Part shown: positions 29,520 through 38,687 of the stretch, one piece after another
Position numbering within the stretch: the first letter of the stretch is position 1
Layout of the letters: every line of letters starts with the position of its first letter
Virus record (IMG/VR): IMGVR_UViG_3300025740_000004
Span: 1 to 64,000 of that record
Length of the DNA stretch: 64,000 bases
From: a virus
Taxonomy: Duplodnaviria > Caudoviricetes
Strand: one strand, 5' to 3'
The notes under the pieces: model-generated
Database searches by the model: none
What the model was told of the DNA's origin: nothing
Seen by the model: the letters and a program-made list of their open reading frames with translations, nothing else
Position numbers and translations under genes: made by a program

Positions 29520-29875
29520 TTTTAGATACAGTTGCCCCTATTGTCCCCAAAATTTTCTTCAATTTTAATGTAAAGAAATTAGGAAAAATAGTAACATGCC
29601 CCTAGAACCAATTTTACAGTTTTCTCCAAAAAGAAATAGAGTTTTACAACATAATTTCTTTAAGAATTGCAACTAACGACATTCATCGAAAATTGATTCT
29701 TGTTGTGATACTCAGTTTCTTTAGTAACTTTATCTTCAATTTTTTAGTATGAAGCTTATTTCTTACCAGAGGTTCTTTTCCACGTTTTTGTTTCAGAAGT
29801 GGCGCCTCAGAGTATCACAACCATTCGATCCTTGCAGATCAAGAGATTCATTAAATTTCTTAACTTACTCTTTCA
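29520..29875 (-). ncRNA. Putative structured non-coding RNA
   Basis: Nested inverted repeats (29702-29713/29810-29821, 29571-29581/29652-29662) downstream of tandem promoters. Confidence 0.45.
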
Positions 29876-29879
29876 AATT

Positions 29880-29918
29880 TATTTATAGTATCTTCCAATC
29901 TTTAATCTTAGTTGTCAA
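29880..29918 (-). promoter_or_regulatory. Tandem sigma70-like promoter and late TATAAATA promoter
   Basis: TTGAC-aactaag-ATTAAA-gattg-GAAGAT (29918-29890), then TATAAATA (29887-29880). Confidence 0.7.
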
Positions 29919-29937
29919 GTATTTTTTAAATTTAATT

Positions 29938-30438
29938 TCAAACATATGAAAAATTTTCTTTTTTATTGATCCATCTATGTAAAGTTGATTTTGGAATGTT
30001 TAGTTCTTTTGCAGCAATTCTTAAACTTTCGTAAATATTTCCACAAATTTTTACCATTTTACTTTTATGATTTCTTTTTCCAGACAAATTTAAAGCATTT
30101 TTGTAGTTAGGATTATTTTCACCAGAGTTATATTTTGAATTTTCTTCTCTAAGTTTTTCATATTGTTTTGGTGTAATTTTTTGTAGATTGTCTTTTTTAG
30201 AAAATGTCATTAAATGATATGCTAGAAATAAGTATTTTTCATTTTTGTAATGTTTATGTAAAAGATGGTGACAAATATAATGTTCTTTTGCTGTTAATAA
30301 AACTAGATTTTCTTTAGAATTATTCCCACCCATGCATTTTGGAATGATATGATGCTTTTCAAAATAACCAAGTTTTCTAGATCTATTTTTTAATTTAGCT
30401 GATTTAATTATTTCGTTATATGCTTTCAAGTGATCCAT
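29938..30438 (-). CDS. HNH homing endonuclease with C-terminal HTH
   Basis: FEKHHIIPKCMGGNNSKENLVLLTAKEHYICH and YESLRIAAKELNIPKSTLHRW. Confidence 0.85.
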   Translation of the reverse strand: MDHLKAYNEIIKSAKLKNRSRKLGYFEKHHIIPKCMGGNNSKENLVLLTAKEHYICHHLLHKHYKNEKYLFLAYHLMTFSKKDNLQKITPKQYEKLREENSKYNSGENNPNYKNALNLSGKRNHKSKMVKICGNIYESLRIAAKELNIPKSTLHRWINKKENFSYV

Positions 30439-30501
30439 TAAAATTATTTATTACGAGAATTTCCAAAATCGATGAAAATAATAATTAAATTTATAAAGTT
30501 C

Positions 30502-30530
30502 TTGACTATACAAATTAAAGATGGTAAGAT
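30502..30530 (+). promoter_or_regulatory. Sigma70-like promoter with ATTAAA spacer element (gp46 operon)
   Basis: TTGAC-tatacaa-ATTAAA-gatgg-TAAGAT. Confidence 0.7.
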
Positions 30531-30551
30531 ACTATTAGTAGAGGTTAGAAC

Positions 30552-32312
30552 ATGTACATAGAATTTGAATATATCATCGTCAAGAACTTTTTATCTTATG
30601 GGAATTCAGAAACAAAATTTAATTTTCAAACAGGATTATCTTTAGTTACTGCTGAAAATGGTTTAGGAAAAAGTACAATTTTACTAGATGCGATTTCTTA
30701 TTGTCTTTATGGAAAACCTTATAGACAAGTTAAGTTAAATGAATTGATCAATAGAAAGAATAAGAAAAATCTTTATACAGAACTTTCTTTTAAAATTGAT
30801 GGAAAAGATTCTTATAAAATTGTTAGAACACTTGCTCCACAAAAGTTATTCATATATAAAAATGGTTCTGATAAAGCTTTAGAATCAGCTTCTTCAAAAC
30901 TATTAGATCAAGAAGAAATTACAAAGCTTCTGGGAATTGATTATGATTTGTTTAAACTTATCATAGCACTTGCACCAAACACTAATCGTCCTTTCCTTTC
31001 TCTAGGCTTACCACAAAAGAGAGAGGTTATGGAATCGATTTTCTCTATCAAGGTCTTCGGAGAAATGTTGAAGAAAGCTAGAGCAAAATTAAATTCAATC
31101 AAAACTGACAAAACAATTTATCAAAGTTCTATAAAAAATGTAGAATCATTAATAATAACTTTAAAGAAACAAATTGATGATACTGAAAATTCTATGAAAG
31201 ACTTTGATGAAAAGAAGATTGAAGAAATTAATATTTTACAAACTAAGAAAGATGATATTCAAAATCAAATTTCACAGATTAATTCTTCTTTAGAAACTTT
31301 AATAAAAGAGTTTTCCAAAATTTCTTTAGATGAACATGATTACTCCAAAGAACAGATTGAAGCTTCTGGAAATATTAAGATTGAAGAAAACACTATTAAA
31401 GAAAAGAAATCTCAAATTAAATTTTTAGAAAAAGGTGGAAAGTGTCCTCTATGCTCTCATGATATTACAGAAGAACATAAGACAGAAGAAATTCAAAAAC
31501 TTAATAACATCATAACAAAATCAGAAACAAAAATTGAAACAAATAAGAAAAAACTTGTTAAGATAAATGAAAAACAATCTGAACAAAGAAGAGTTAAAAA
31601 GATTTATGATGATTCTAAAAATGATATTCAAATAGCTAAAATAAAACTTTCAAATTTAGAAAAAACTTCTTTAGACTTAGATAAACAAATTGAAAATGTA
31701 AAATCTAGAGAATTGAAAATAGATCTTACAAATATTAAAGAAGAATATTCAAATAAAATTGAAACATATAAAGAAGATGTTAAAAAACTTACTACTTTAA
31801 ATAATGATCAAAAGAATTATGAAATTGTTTCTAAGATGCTTTCAGAAGATGGTATTAAATCTTTCTTCTTCAGAATGCTCGTTCCAATTTTAAATAATAA
31901 GATTAATGAATATTTAAATATTTTCGATCTTCCTGTTGCAATTTCTTTTGATGAAACAATGCAAGAAACAATTTCAATCATAGGCTCTTCTGATAAAGAT
32001 GTTTCCTATAATAGTTTTTCTGAAGGTGAAAAGAAAAGAATAGATATTGCAATTTTACTTTCTTTCATAAGCACTACAAAAACAATCTCAAACTGGAATT
32101 GTAATCTTTTAACATTCGATGAAATTTTAGATAGTGCTACAGATCTAAATGGATTGGAAAAAATGTTATCATCTATAAAACAACTAACTTTAAATGATAA
32201 TCAACTATGCTCTTATGTAATTTCCCATAGAGATAGTTTCCAAGACATCTATTCGAGAATCATTAAAATCAAAAAGACAAACGGATTCTCAAAAATCGAG
32301 ATTGATAAATAA
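30552..32312 (+). CDS. gp46: Recombination endonuclease ATPase subunit (SbcC/Rad50-like, T4 gp46)
   Basis: KNFLSYGN, NGLGKST, CPLC zinc hook, FSEGEKKRIDIA, FDEILD, VISH. Confidence 0.93.
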   Translation: MYIEFEYIIVKNFLSYGNSETKFNFQTGLSLVTAENGLGKSTILLDAISYCLYGKPYRQVKLNELINRKNKKNLYTELSFKIDGKDSYKIVRTLAPQKLFIYKNGSDKALESASSKLLDQEEITKLLGIDYDLFKLIIALAPNTNRPFLSLGLPQKREVMESIFSIKVFGEMLKKARAKLNSIKTDKTIYQSSIKNVESLIITLKKQIDDTENSMKDFDEKKIEEINILQTKKDDIQNQISQINSSLETLIKEFSKISLDEHDYSKEQIEASGNIKIEENTIKEKKSQIKFLEKGGKCPLCSHDITEEHKTEEIQKLNNIITKSETKIETNKKKLVKINEKQSEQRRVKKIYDDSKNDIQIAKIKLSNLEKTSLDLDKQIENVKSRELKIDLTNIKEEYSNKIETYKEDVKKLTTLNNDQKNYEIVSKMLSEDGIKSFFFRMLVPILNNKINEYLNIFDLPVAISFDETMQETISIIGSSDKDVSYNSFSEGEKKRIDIAILLSFISTTKTISNWNCNLLTFDEILDSATDLNGLEKMLSSIKQLTLNDNQLCSYVISHRDSFQDIYSRIIKIKKTNGFSKIEIDK

Positions 32313-32335
32313 GTATAGAAAAGAGGAACAAATGT

Positions 32336-32764
32336 ATGGTAACCAAAAGAAAAAAGAAAGCTGGATATTTTAATAATGAAGAAATGTTAGATCTGTTTAT
32401 AGAAAGAAATAGACTAAGAGAAATTTCTGAAAAAACTAAAGAAGAAAATTTACAACTTAAGAAAATAGAAAATAAGATCGGAATTCTATTTTTTAAAATC
32501 TCCGAAGGAATGTTACATAGACCAAATTTTTGTAACTATGATTCAGCAACAAAAGCAGAAATGATATCAGATGCTGTTTATAATTGTCTAAGAGCAGGTG
32601 AAAGATATGACGTAAGCTTTAAAAATCCTTTTGGATACTTTTCTCAAATATCTTGGAATGCATTTATCCTCAATATCAAATCTATGAAAAAACGAACAGG
32701 AATAATGGTAAATATCTCACATGTAGAAAATCTTGATGGTTGTGATGATACTATTGGAGATTAA
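32336..32764 (+). CDS. gp55: Late transcription sigma factor, T4 gp55-like
   Basis: RPNFCNY, EMISDAVYNCL, NPFGYFSQISWNAF. Confidence 0.88.
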   Translation: MVTKRKKKAGYFNNEEMLDLFIERNRLREISEKTKEENLQLKKIENKIGILFFKISEGMLHRPNFCNYDSATKAEMISDAVYNCLRAGERYDVSFKNPFGYFSQISWNAFILNIKSMKKRTGIMVNISHVENLDGCDDTIGD

Positions 32765-32767
32765 GAA

Positions 32768-33805
32768 ATGAATGTTGCTATATTTAACGATCTTCATTTT
32801 GGTATTAAAAGAGGTTCTGAAATTTTTCTACAATCTCAATTAAAGTTTATTAGGAATCAATTTATACCAGAATTAATTGAAAGAAAAATTGATACTATAA
32901 TTATTCCAGGTGATTTTTTTGATAATAGAATTGCGTTAGATAATAAAATTTTAACACATATTTTAGATCTTTTTGATAATGAATTTAAAAACTTTAATAT
33001 TCATATTCTTGTAGGAAATCATGATTCATATTTAAAAAGTTCTATTCATATTAATTCTTTAAGAGTATTTGAATTTTATAAGAATGTAAAAATCTATGAA
33101 AAAAATGAATCTATAACTTTAGGAAATAGAAAAATCTTTATGTGTCCTTGGATTACTGATAATAAAGTTTTCTTAGAAGAATTAGAAACTTTAGAAAATC
33201 ATGATGTTTGTTTTGGACATTTTAACTTTTCAAATTTTCTAATGCATAAAGATCAAGAATCAGATCATGGACTTTCTCCAGAACTTTTCTACAAAAAATT
33301 TAAGAAAACAATCTCAGGACACTTTCATACAAGATCTTCTAAAAAGGTTGGAGAGTCTGAAATCATATATCCAGGAAATCCATTTCATTTTACTAGAAGC
33401 GATATAGATGATGAACGAGGATATTCTATACTAAACTTAGATACCCTTGATTTAGAATTTATAGAAAATAGAGAATCTATAAAGTTTGTAAAGTATTATT
33501 ATCCACAACAATTAGAAGAAAAAGATATTCGAAATAATCATGTAGATATATATGTAAAGTTAGATCAAAATCTAAACGAACAAGAAGTAGATGCTTATTT
33601 CGAAAGGCTTGAGAAATTTGAACCAGCATTTCCTTTGAATAAGAAGACCATAAATATGTTAAATGGTGATTCTCCTGTAGAAATGTCTGCTACTTCAGGT
33701 AGAGAATTAATTGAACAATATGTATTACAGCAGTCTATTGAGAATAAATCAGATATTTTAAAACTTTTATTTGAACTCCATGATGATTGTAAGAACGCTT
33801 TTTGA
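32768..33805 (+). CDS. gp47: Recombination endonuclease nuclease subunit (SbcD/Mre11-like, T4 gp47)
   Basis: DLHFG, GDFFDNR, VGNHD, SGHFH, YPGNP. Confidence 0.93.
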   Translation: MNVAIFNDLHFGIKRGSEIFLQSQLKFIRNQFIPELIERKIDTIIIPGDFFDNRIALDNKILTHILDLFDNEFKNFNIHILVGNHDSYLKSSIHINSLRVFEFYKNVKIYEKNESITLGNRKIFMCPWITDNKVFLEELETLENHDVCFGHFNFSNFLMHKDQESDHGLSPELFYKKFKKTISGHFHTRSSKKVGESEIIYPGNPFHFTRSDIDDERGYSILNLDTLDLEFIENRESIKFVKYYYPQQLEEKDIRNNHVDIYVKLDQNLNEQEVDAYFERLEKFEPAFPLNKKTINMLNGDSPVEMSATSGRELIEQYVLQQSIENKSDILKLLFELHDDCKNAF

Positions 33806-33814
33806 GGTGAATTT

Positions 33815-34000
33815 ATGGGAAAGTATCCAGTAAAGACAGAAGAAGATATAGAGAAAAAAGAATTTGCTAATATGGTTGCTTCTAAATTGATTGAAAATAT
33901 TCAAAAAATTGCTAAAGAAAAAAACTTAAATGAAGCAAAAGATTTTAGGAAAATAATGAGAATACTTAAAAAAGAGGAAAAGTTGAATGAACCTAAATGA
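33815..34000 (+). CDS. Small hypothetical protein
   Basis: GAGGTG RBS, in operon. Confidence 0.55.
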   Translation: MGKYPVKTEEDIEKKEFANMVASKLIENIQKIAKEKNLNEAKDFRKIMRILKKEEKLNEPK

Positions 34001-35189
34001 TTATAAAAAATCTATAGATGAAATTAAAGATCAAAAAGTTGAAGTAGTAAGATCACAAAATACTTCTAATTATGTTTCTGTAAAAAAGAATATTTTATTG
34101 TCTTATGTATCTGATGCAACTGGTTGTGGACATATTAGAAATATTTTTCCTATGACATATCTTAATGCTATTTTTGGAAAAGAACAACAAGTTATGCCAA
34201 TTATTTCACCAATCTTTATTTGGCAAGAAGATATCCTAGCAAGAACTAAATCAATTCTATTCCAAAGACAAATGGCTCCAGAACATTATAATCTAATCCT
34301 AAGATATAAAGAACTCCAACCAAAATATGGATTCAAAATGGTTTATGATATAGATGATTTTATTTGGGGACATAATGAGAAACAAGGTGGAGATAAAGAA
34401 GATGGCGTTCCTTCTTATAACTTTGGATGGCATGGAATTACAGAACCAGTTAAAAAGTATTCTGTAGAAATTATGAAACTTATGGACAAGATTACTGTAA
34501 CAAGCGAATATCTTAGATTTTATATTAATAAAGTTCTTGATGTAAATGTTCCAGTAGAAATTGTTCCAAATGCTATTCCTATGTACTTTTGGGGAAATAC
34601 TAAAAGAAAACAAATTAAGAAACCTATCACAAAACCAAGAATAGTTTATACAGGTTCACCAACACATTACTCAAACCAAGAAAGACTTTTAGGAGATTTT
34701 GAAAATGCATTTAAAGAATTTATTATTAAAAACGTACTTGAAAATAAAATTGAATTTGTTGTTATGGGGGATTGTCCTTGGTTTTTCGAAGGAATCAAAG
34801 ACAAAATTCAAGTAATAGGTTGGTTAAATTCTTATCAATATCATCTTGGTGTAAAAGCTATTAATGCAGATTTTGCTATCGGACCTCTTGTAAGAAACAA
34901 TTTCAATTACTCTAAATCTTATATCAAATATCAAGAAATGTGTGCAATTGGCGTTCCATTTATAGGATCAGTATTTACAAATGGAAAACCTTCTCCTTAT
35001 GATATTTGTGAATTAAAAGTTACTGATAATTGTAAAGTAGAAGACATAGAAAAAATAGTATTCAATCTTTCTAATAATATAGATGAATATAATAATGTCA
35101 TGAAGAAACAATATGACTGGATGGATCGTTCTGGAGGATATCTAGAATCTCCAAAATATGTTCAAATGCTTTTAGATAATTACTTCTAA
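33987..35189 (+). CDS. Glycosyltransferase (GT-B, GT4-like)
   Basis: DATGCGHIR, YDIDD, ITVTSEYL, VPNAIP, YTGSPTH, PL..NNFN.SKSYIKYQE. Confidence 0.75.
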   Translation: MNLNDYKKSIDEIKDQKVEVVRSQNTSNYVSVKKNILLSYVSDATGCGHIRNIFPMTYLNAIFGKEQQVMPIISPIFIWQEDILARTKSILFQRQMAPEHYNLILRYKELQPKYGFKMVYDIDDFIWGHNEKQGGDKEDGVPSYNFGWHGITEPVKKYSVEIMKLMDKITVTSEYLRFYINKVLDVNVPVEIVPNAIPMYFWGNTKRKQIKKPITKPRIVYTGSPTHYSNQERLLGDFENAFKEFIIKNVLENKIEFVVMGDCPWFFEGIKDKIQVIGWLNSYQYHLGVKAINADFAIGPLVRNNFNYSKSYIKYQEMCAIGVPFIGSVFTNGKPSPYDICELKVTDNCKVEDIEKIVFNLSNNIDEYNNVMKKQYDWMDRSGGYLESPKYVQMLLDNYF

Positions 35190-35204
35190 GAGATAGATTC
35201 TAAA

Positions 35205-35237
35205 AGGTTGTGAGATTAATTTTTCACAACCTCTTTT
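35205..35237 (+). terminator. Intrinsic terminator
   Basis: AGGTTGTGA...TCACAACCT followed by CTTTT. Confidence 0.55.
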
Positions 35238-35253
35238 CAAAAAGGAATTTAAA

Positions 35254-35652
35254 ATGGCTAGAAAAAAGAAAGAACAATATCCAATCGGTCTATGTGGAAC
35301 ATTTTTTTCTACAAAATTTTTGGAAGAATTGAAAGAAGAAGTTTTAGAAGAAGTTAATGATAAAATTGAATTGAAAGATTTTTATAGTGAATTCATAGGA
35401 GCATTTGATTTTAAAGATTATGAACATGTTAAAAACTTTGTTATGATCCATTCTAAAAATGTAAAATTCTATGATAATGAAGAAATTGAAGATGGTTATT
35501 TCATAGGCGTAAATATTTTTGATGTGCCTGAACATTTCTCTATGAAAAGAATTAAAATAGATGTTAGAAATGTTATGGAACAAATAGGTTTAATTTATCA
35601 TGATGAAGATCCAGAAACTATTCAAATCATTCCTCAAATTATCTCAATCTAA
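35254..35652 (+). CDS. Hypothetical protein
   Basis: AAGGA RBS, in operon. Confidence 0.65.
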   Translation: MARKKKEQYPIGLCGTFFSTKFLEELKEEVLEEVNDKIELKDFYSEFIGAFDFKDYEHVKNFVMIHSKNVKFYDNEEIEDGYFIGVNIFDVPEHFSMKRIKIDVRNVMEQIGLIYHDEDPETIQIIPQIISI

Positions 35653-36395
35653 TGATTAGACTTTTTAAAAATGATTGTCTTAAAGAAATGGAAAATATAG
35701 AAGATAAATCTATTGATATGATTCTTTGTGATCTTCCTTATGGGACTACAAACTGTTCCTGGGATATAATAATTCCTTTTAATAAATTATGGGAACATTA
35801 TAATAGAATAATTAAAGATCATCATGCTATTGTTTTATTTGGCAGTGAACCTTTTTCTTCAAATCTTAGAGTTAGTAATATAAAAAACTATAAATATGAT
35901 TGGATTTGGGATAAGAAAAAACCAAGCAATTTTCCTTTAGCAAAAATTCAACCAATGAAATATCATGAAAATATATCCGTGTTTAATTCTAAAATTTATT
36001 ATCCAATTATGGTGAAAGTTCCAGGAAGACATGCTAAAAAAGGAAAGAATGAAACTCCAGAAATTTTTAATGGAGGACTTTCTGATAAAAAATATTTAGA
36101 AAAAATATATACTGATAAATATCCTTCTACAATTTTGGAATTTAGTAATGCTGATCAAACAAATAGATTTCATCCGACACAAAAACCAGTAGAACTTTTA
36201 GAATATCTTATAAAAACTTATACCAAAGAGAATGAAACAATATTAGATAATTGTATGGGATCTGGCTCTACTGGAATTGCTTGCCTTAATACAAATAGAA
36301 ATTTTATCGGTATAGAAAATGATGAAAAATATTTTGATATAGCTTGTAATAGGATTTATAAACATGAAAAAAATATTAAACTTATCGAAATCTAA
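35652..36395 (+). CDS. DNA N6-adenine/N4-cytosine methyltransferase (beta class)
   Basis: DLPY, HPTQKPVELLEYLI, LDNCMGSGSTG. Confidence 0.9.
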   Translation: MIRLFKNDCLKEMENIEDKSIDMILCDLPYGTTNCSWDIIIPFNKLWEHYNRIIKDHHAIVLFGSEPFSSNLRVSNIKNYKYDWIWDKKKPSNFPLAKIQPMKYHENISVFNSKIYYPIMVKVPGRHAKKGKNETPEIFNGGLSDKKYLEKIYTDKYPSTILEFSNADQTNRFHPTQKPVELLEYLIKTYTKENETILDNCMGSGSTGIACLNTNRNFIGIENDEKYFDIACNRIYKHEKNIKLIEI

Positions 36396-36642
36396 ATTAG
36401 AATTTGTTTTGAAATATGTTTGGTCATATCTTTCTGCTAAATTTGGGCCAAGAACAGATTTCAAAACTTATCTAGAAAGATTGAATAAATGCAATGATTG
36501 TAAATGGAAAATTGAAAAAGAAAATTTAGCATATTGTAAAAGTTGTTTTTGTCCCACCTCAAAAGCGTTTCCTGACAGTATATTATGGAATAAATGCAGA
36601 ATGAAAAACTCAAAATGTCCGATGAAACTTTGGAATAAATAA
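36364..36642 (+). CDS. Small Cys-rich (zinc-binding) protein
   Basis: ERLNKCNDC, CKSCFC, SKCPMKLW. Confidence 0.6.
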   Translation: MKKILNLSKSKLEFVLKYVWSYLSAKFGPRTDFKTYLERLNKCNDCKWKIEKENLAYCKSCFCPTSKAFPDSILWNKCRMKNSKCPMKLWNK

Positions 36643-36660
36643 TTATAAAAGAGGATTATT

Positions 36661-37296
36661 ATGAAAACTTCTGAAATACAAAAAGATATTGTTAACATTT
36701 CTAAAGATCATATGAAGAAGAAAATGAAAGCTATTCATATTGGAGATCTTCTGGATGGATTACTTAAAAAATATGGGATTAAAAGATTTGAAGATGAGGG
36801 TTCTGATTTTAAAGATCGATTTTCTGATATTATTGATTCTATGAAAAAATCTGAAATTATTAAAGAAGTTCCAATAGGATATATTGTTGTTATTCCTGGT
36901 GGTGAAAAACTTATAAAAGAATCTAGAACATTTTCAGAACATTTAAAATTTTTGGTTGAAGGAAAATTAAACGAAGCTACTAATGATTTTTCAGATACAG
37001 CTTTTGACGAACTTAAGAAAATGAATTTTAAGTTTAACGGTAGTAAAGGAGTTTTTTCTAAAGATGTTTTTGCAGATTCTAAAATTTCAAAAATTCTTGT
37101 AATAGCTCCTACAGACGATGAAGATGAAGTTGAACTAAAAATTTATAATTATAAGCTAGATGAAGATAATCTATACTTAGAAGGGTATACAATCCCAACA
37201 TCCAAACTTTCTAATATAAGTAAAATTGTAACATCTTTAGAAAAATTTGCAGATGAAGAAACTAAATTTCTTAAAGTCTGGGGAAGTAGGTTTTAA
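36661..37296 (+). CDS. Hypothetical late protein, possible internal head protein
   Basis: ATAAATA (36635-36641) plus GAGGA RBS. Internal TFSEHLKFLVEGKLNEA. Confidence 0.65.
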   Translation: MKTSEIQKDIVNISKDHMKKKMKAIHIGDLLDGLLKKYGIKRFEDEGSDFKDRFSDIIDSMKKSEIIKEVPIGYIVVIPGGEKLIKESRTFSEHLKFLVEGKLNEATNDFSDTAFDELKKMNFKFNGSKGVFSKDVFADSKISKILVIAPTDDEDEVELKIYNYKLDEDNLYLEGYTIPTSKLSNISKIVTSLEKFADEETKFLKVWGSRF

Positions 37297-37297
37297 T

Positions 37298-37684
37298 ATG
37301 AGTACATTTTCAGAACATTTAAAATTTTTAGTTGAAGGGAAATTAAACGAAGCAGATTCCAAGGATTTTCACCCAGATGTGAAAGAAGTTTTAGAAGAGT
37401 TACCATATATTACTTTTAATAAAGATGCTTTAGGAAAAACAGCAATTGCTAAACTAGATGATGTGAAACGAGTTGGGGCTTATTCTTGTAACATCTATCC
37501 AAATTCTGAAAAAGATATTGCTGTGACTATTTCTCTCAAACCAGTAGATTCTAATAAGATCATAACTCTTTCGGAAAGATTAATTAATACTGAAGATAGT
37601 GCTTGGGAAAAGAACTTTAAGAAATTCATTAACGAAGCAAGAAAAATTGTAGAGAAATTATCTGAACTAAATCAAGCAGACTAA
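37298..37684 (+). CDS. Hypothetical late protein, possible internal head protein
   Basis: Begins MSTFSEHLKFLVEGKLNEA. A 50 bp segment is repeated from the previous gene. Confidence 0.65.
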   Translation: MSTFSEHLKFLVEGKLNEADSKDFHPDVKEVLEELPYITFNKDALGKTAIAKLDDVKRVGAYSCNIYPNSEKDIAVTISLKPVDSNKIITLSERLINTEDSAWEKNFKKFINEARKIVEKLSELNQAD

Positions 37685-37726
37685 TCAGAAATTTAATCTC
37701 ACATCTTAATTAAATTTATAAACCTC

Positions 37727-37755
37727 TTGACATTCCTGATTAAATATTGGATAAT
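37727..37755 (+). promoter_or_regulatory. Sigma70-like promoter with ATTAAA spacer element (DHH-polymerase operon)
   Basis: TTGAC-attcctg-ATTAAA-tattg-GATAAT. Confidence 0.7.
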
Positions 37756-37778
37756 CAGATTAATGGAAAGAGGTTTTA

Positions 37779-38687
37779 ATGTCTTTAACAGATAATTGGA
37801 AAAAAATATTAAATAGAAATGGAAGAATATTAAGTGCCTCACATGCTGATCTTGATGGTGTAGGTTGTTCTATAGTACTCCAAAACATTTATAAAAATAT
37901 AGAATTCAAATCTTTAAAATATGGTGAAGTAGATAGTTTCTTAAAAACTGTAAATTTCAAAAATTATGATTGTGTGATTTTAACAGACATATCTCCAGAG
38001 TTTAAAGAAACATTTGATTTGTCTGATAAAATTTTCTTATTAGACCATCATGAATCCGCAGTAAAATATCATAATCCTGAAAGAAATTTATTAGTCAACA
38101 CGAAAAATTCTGCATCAGTTTTTGTGAAAGAGTTTTTTGAAAAGTTATTTAATCTAGATCTTTATTATTTAAATGATCTAATTTCTATAATAGATGATTT
38201 TGATTTATGGAAACTTCAAGACCCAAGATCAAAATATTTTAATGAACTTTATTTTAAAATGTATGAATCAGATTTTCGAAGAAGGTTTGGAAATGGAAAT
38301 ACAAAACTTACTCAAGAAGAAATTGATTATGTATTAGAAAGAAAGAAACAATTTAAAGAAACTTATGAAAAATTAGATATATATGAATTTGATTCTATAA
38401 ATGCATGTTTCTTTATCTCTACAAATTTCGTAAATGATATATGTCACAAACTGATGGAAGAAAAAGGATATCAATTAACTATCTGTATAAATCCTAAATC
38501 AAGATCCTGCTCAGTAAGAACCAAAGAAGATTGTCTAGATGTTGGAAAAGTTTTAGAAATTTTAGGACTTGGTGCCGGACATAAAAAAAGTGCTGGTTTT
38601 AGACTTTTAGAAAATGAAGAACCATCTACAAAAATTGATATGATTGAGAAATACCTTTATTACAATTATGAGGATATTAGAAAATGA
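37779..38687 (+). CDS. DHH/DHHA1 phosphoesterase
   Basis: SHADLDG, TDIS, LDHH, GAGHKKSAG. Confidence 0.88.
   Translation: MSLTDNWKKILNRNGRILSASHADLDGVGCSIVLQNIYKNIEFKSLKYGEVDSFLKTVNFKNYDCVILTDISPEFKETFDLSDKIFLLDHHESAVKYHNPERNLLVNTKNSASVFVKEFFEKLFNLDLYYLNDLISIIDDFDLWKLQDPRSKYFNELYFKMYESDFRRRFGNGNTKLTQEEIDYVLERKKQFKETYEKLDIYEFDSINACFFISTNFVNDICHKLMEEKGYQLTICINPKSRSCSVRTKEDCLDVGKVLEILGLGAGHKKSAGFRLLENEEPSTKIDMIEKYLYYNYEDIRK

Noticed and set aside
29520-29875. tmRNA, tRNA or RNase P in the structured region
   Set aside because: No acceptor stem/CCA, T-loop or RNase P consensus could be found by eye. Left as an unclassified RNA.
29749-29949. Plus-strand 66 aa ORF in the non-coding region
   Set aside because: Runs antisense across two promoters, has no RBS and an atypical composition.
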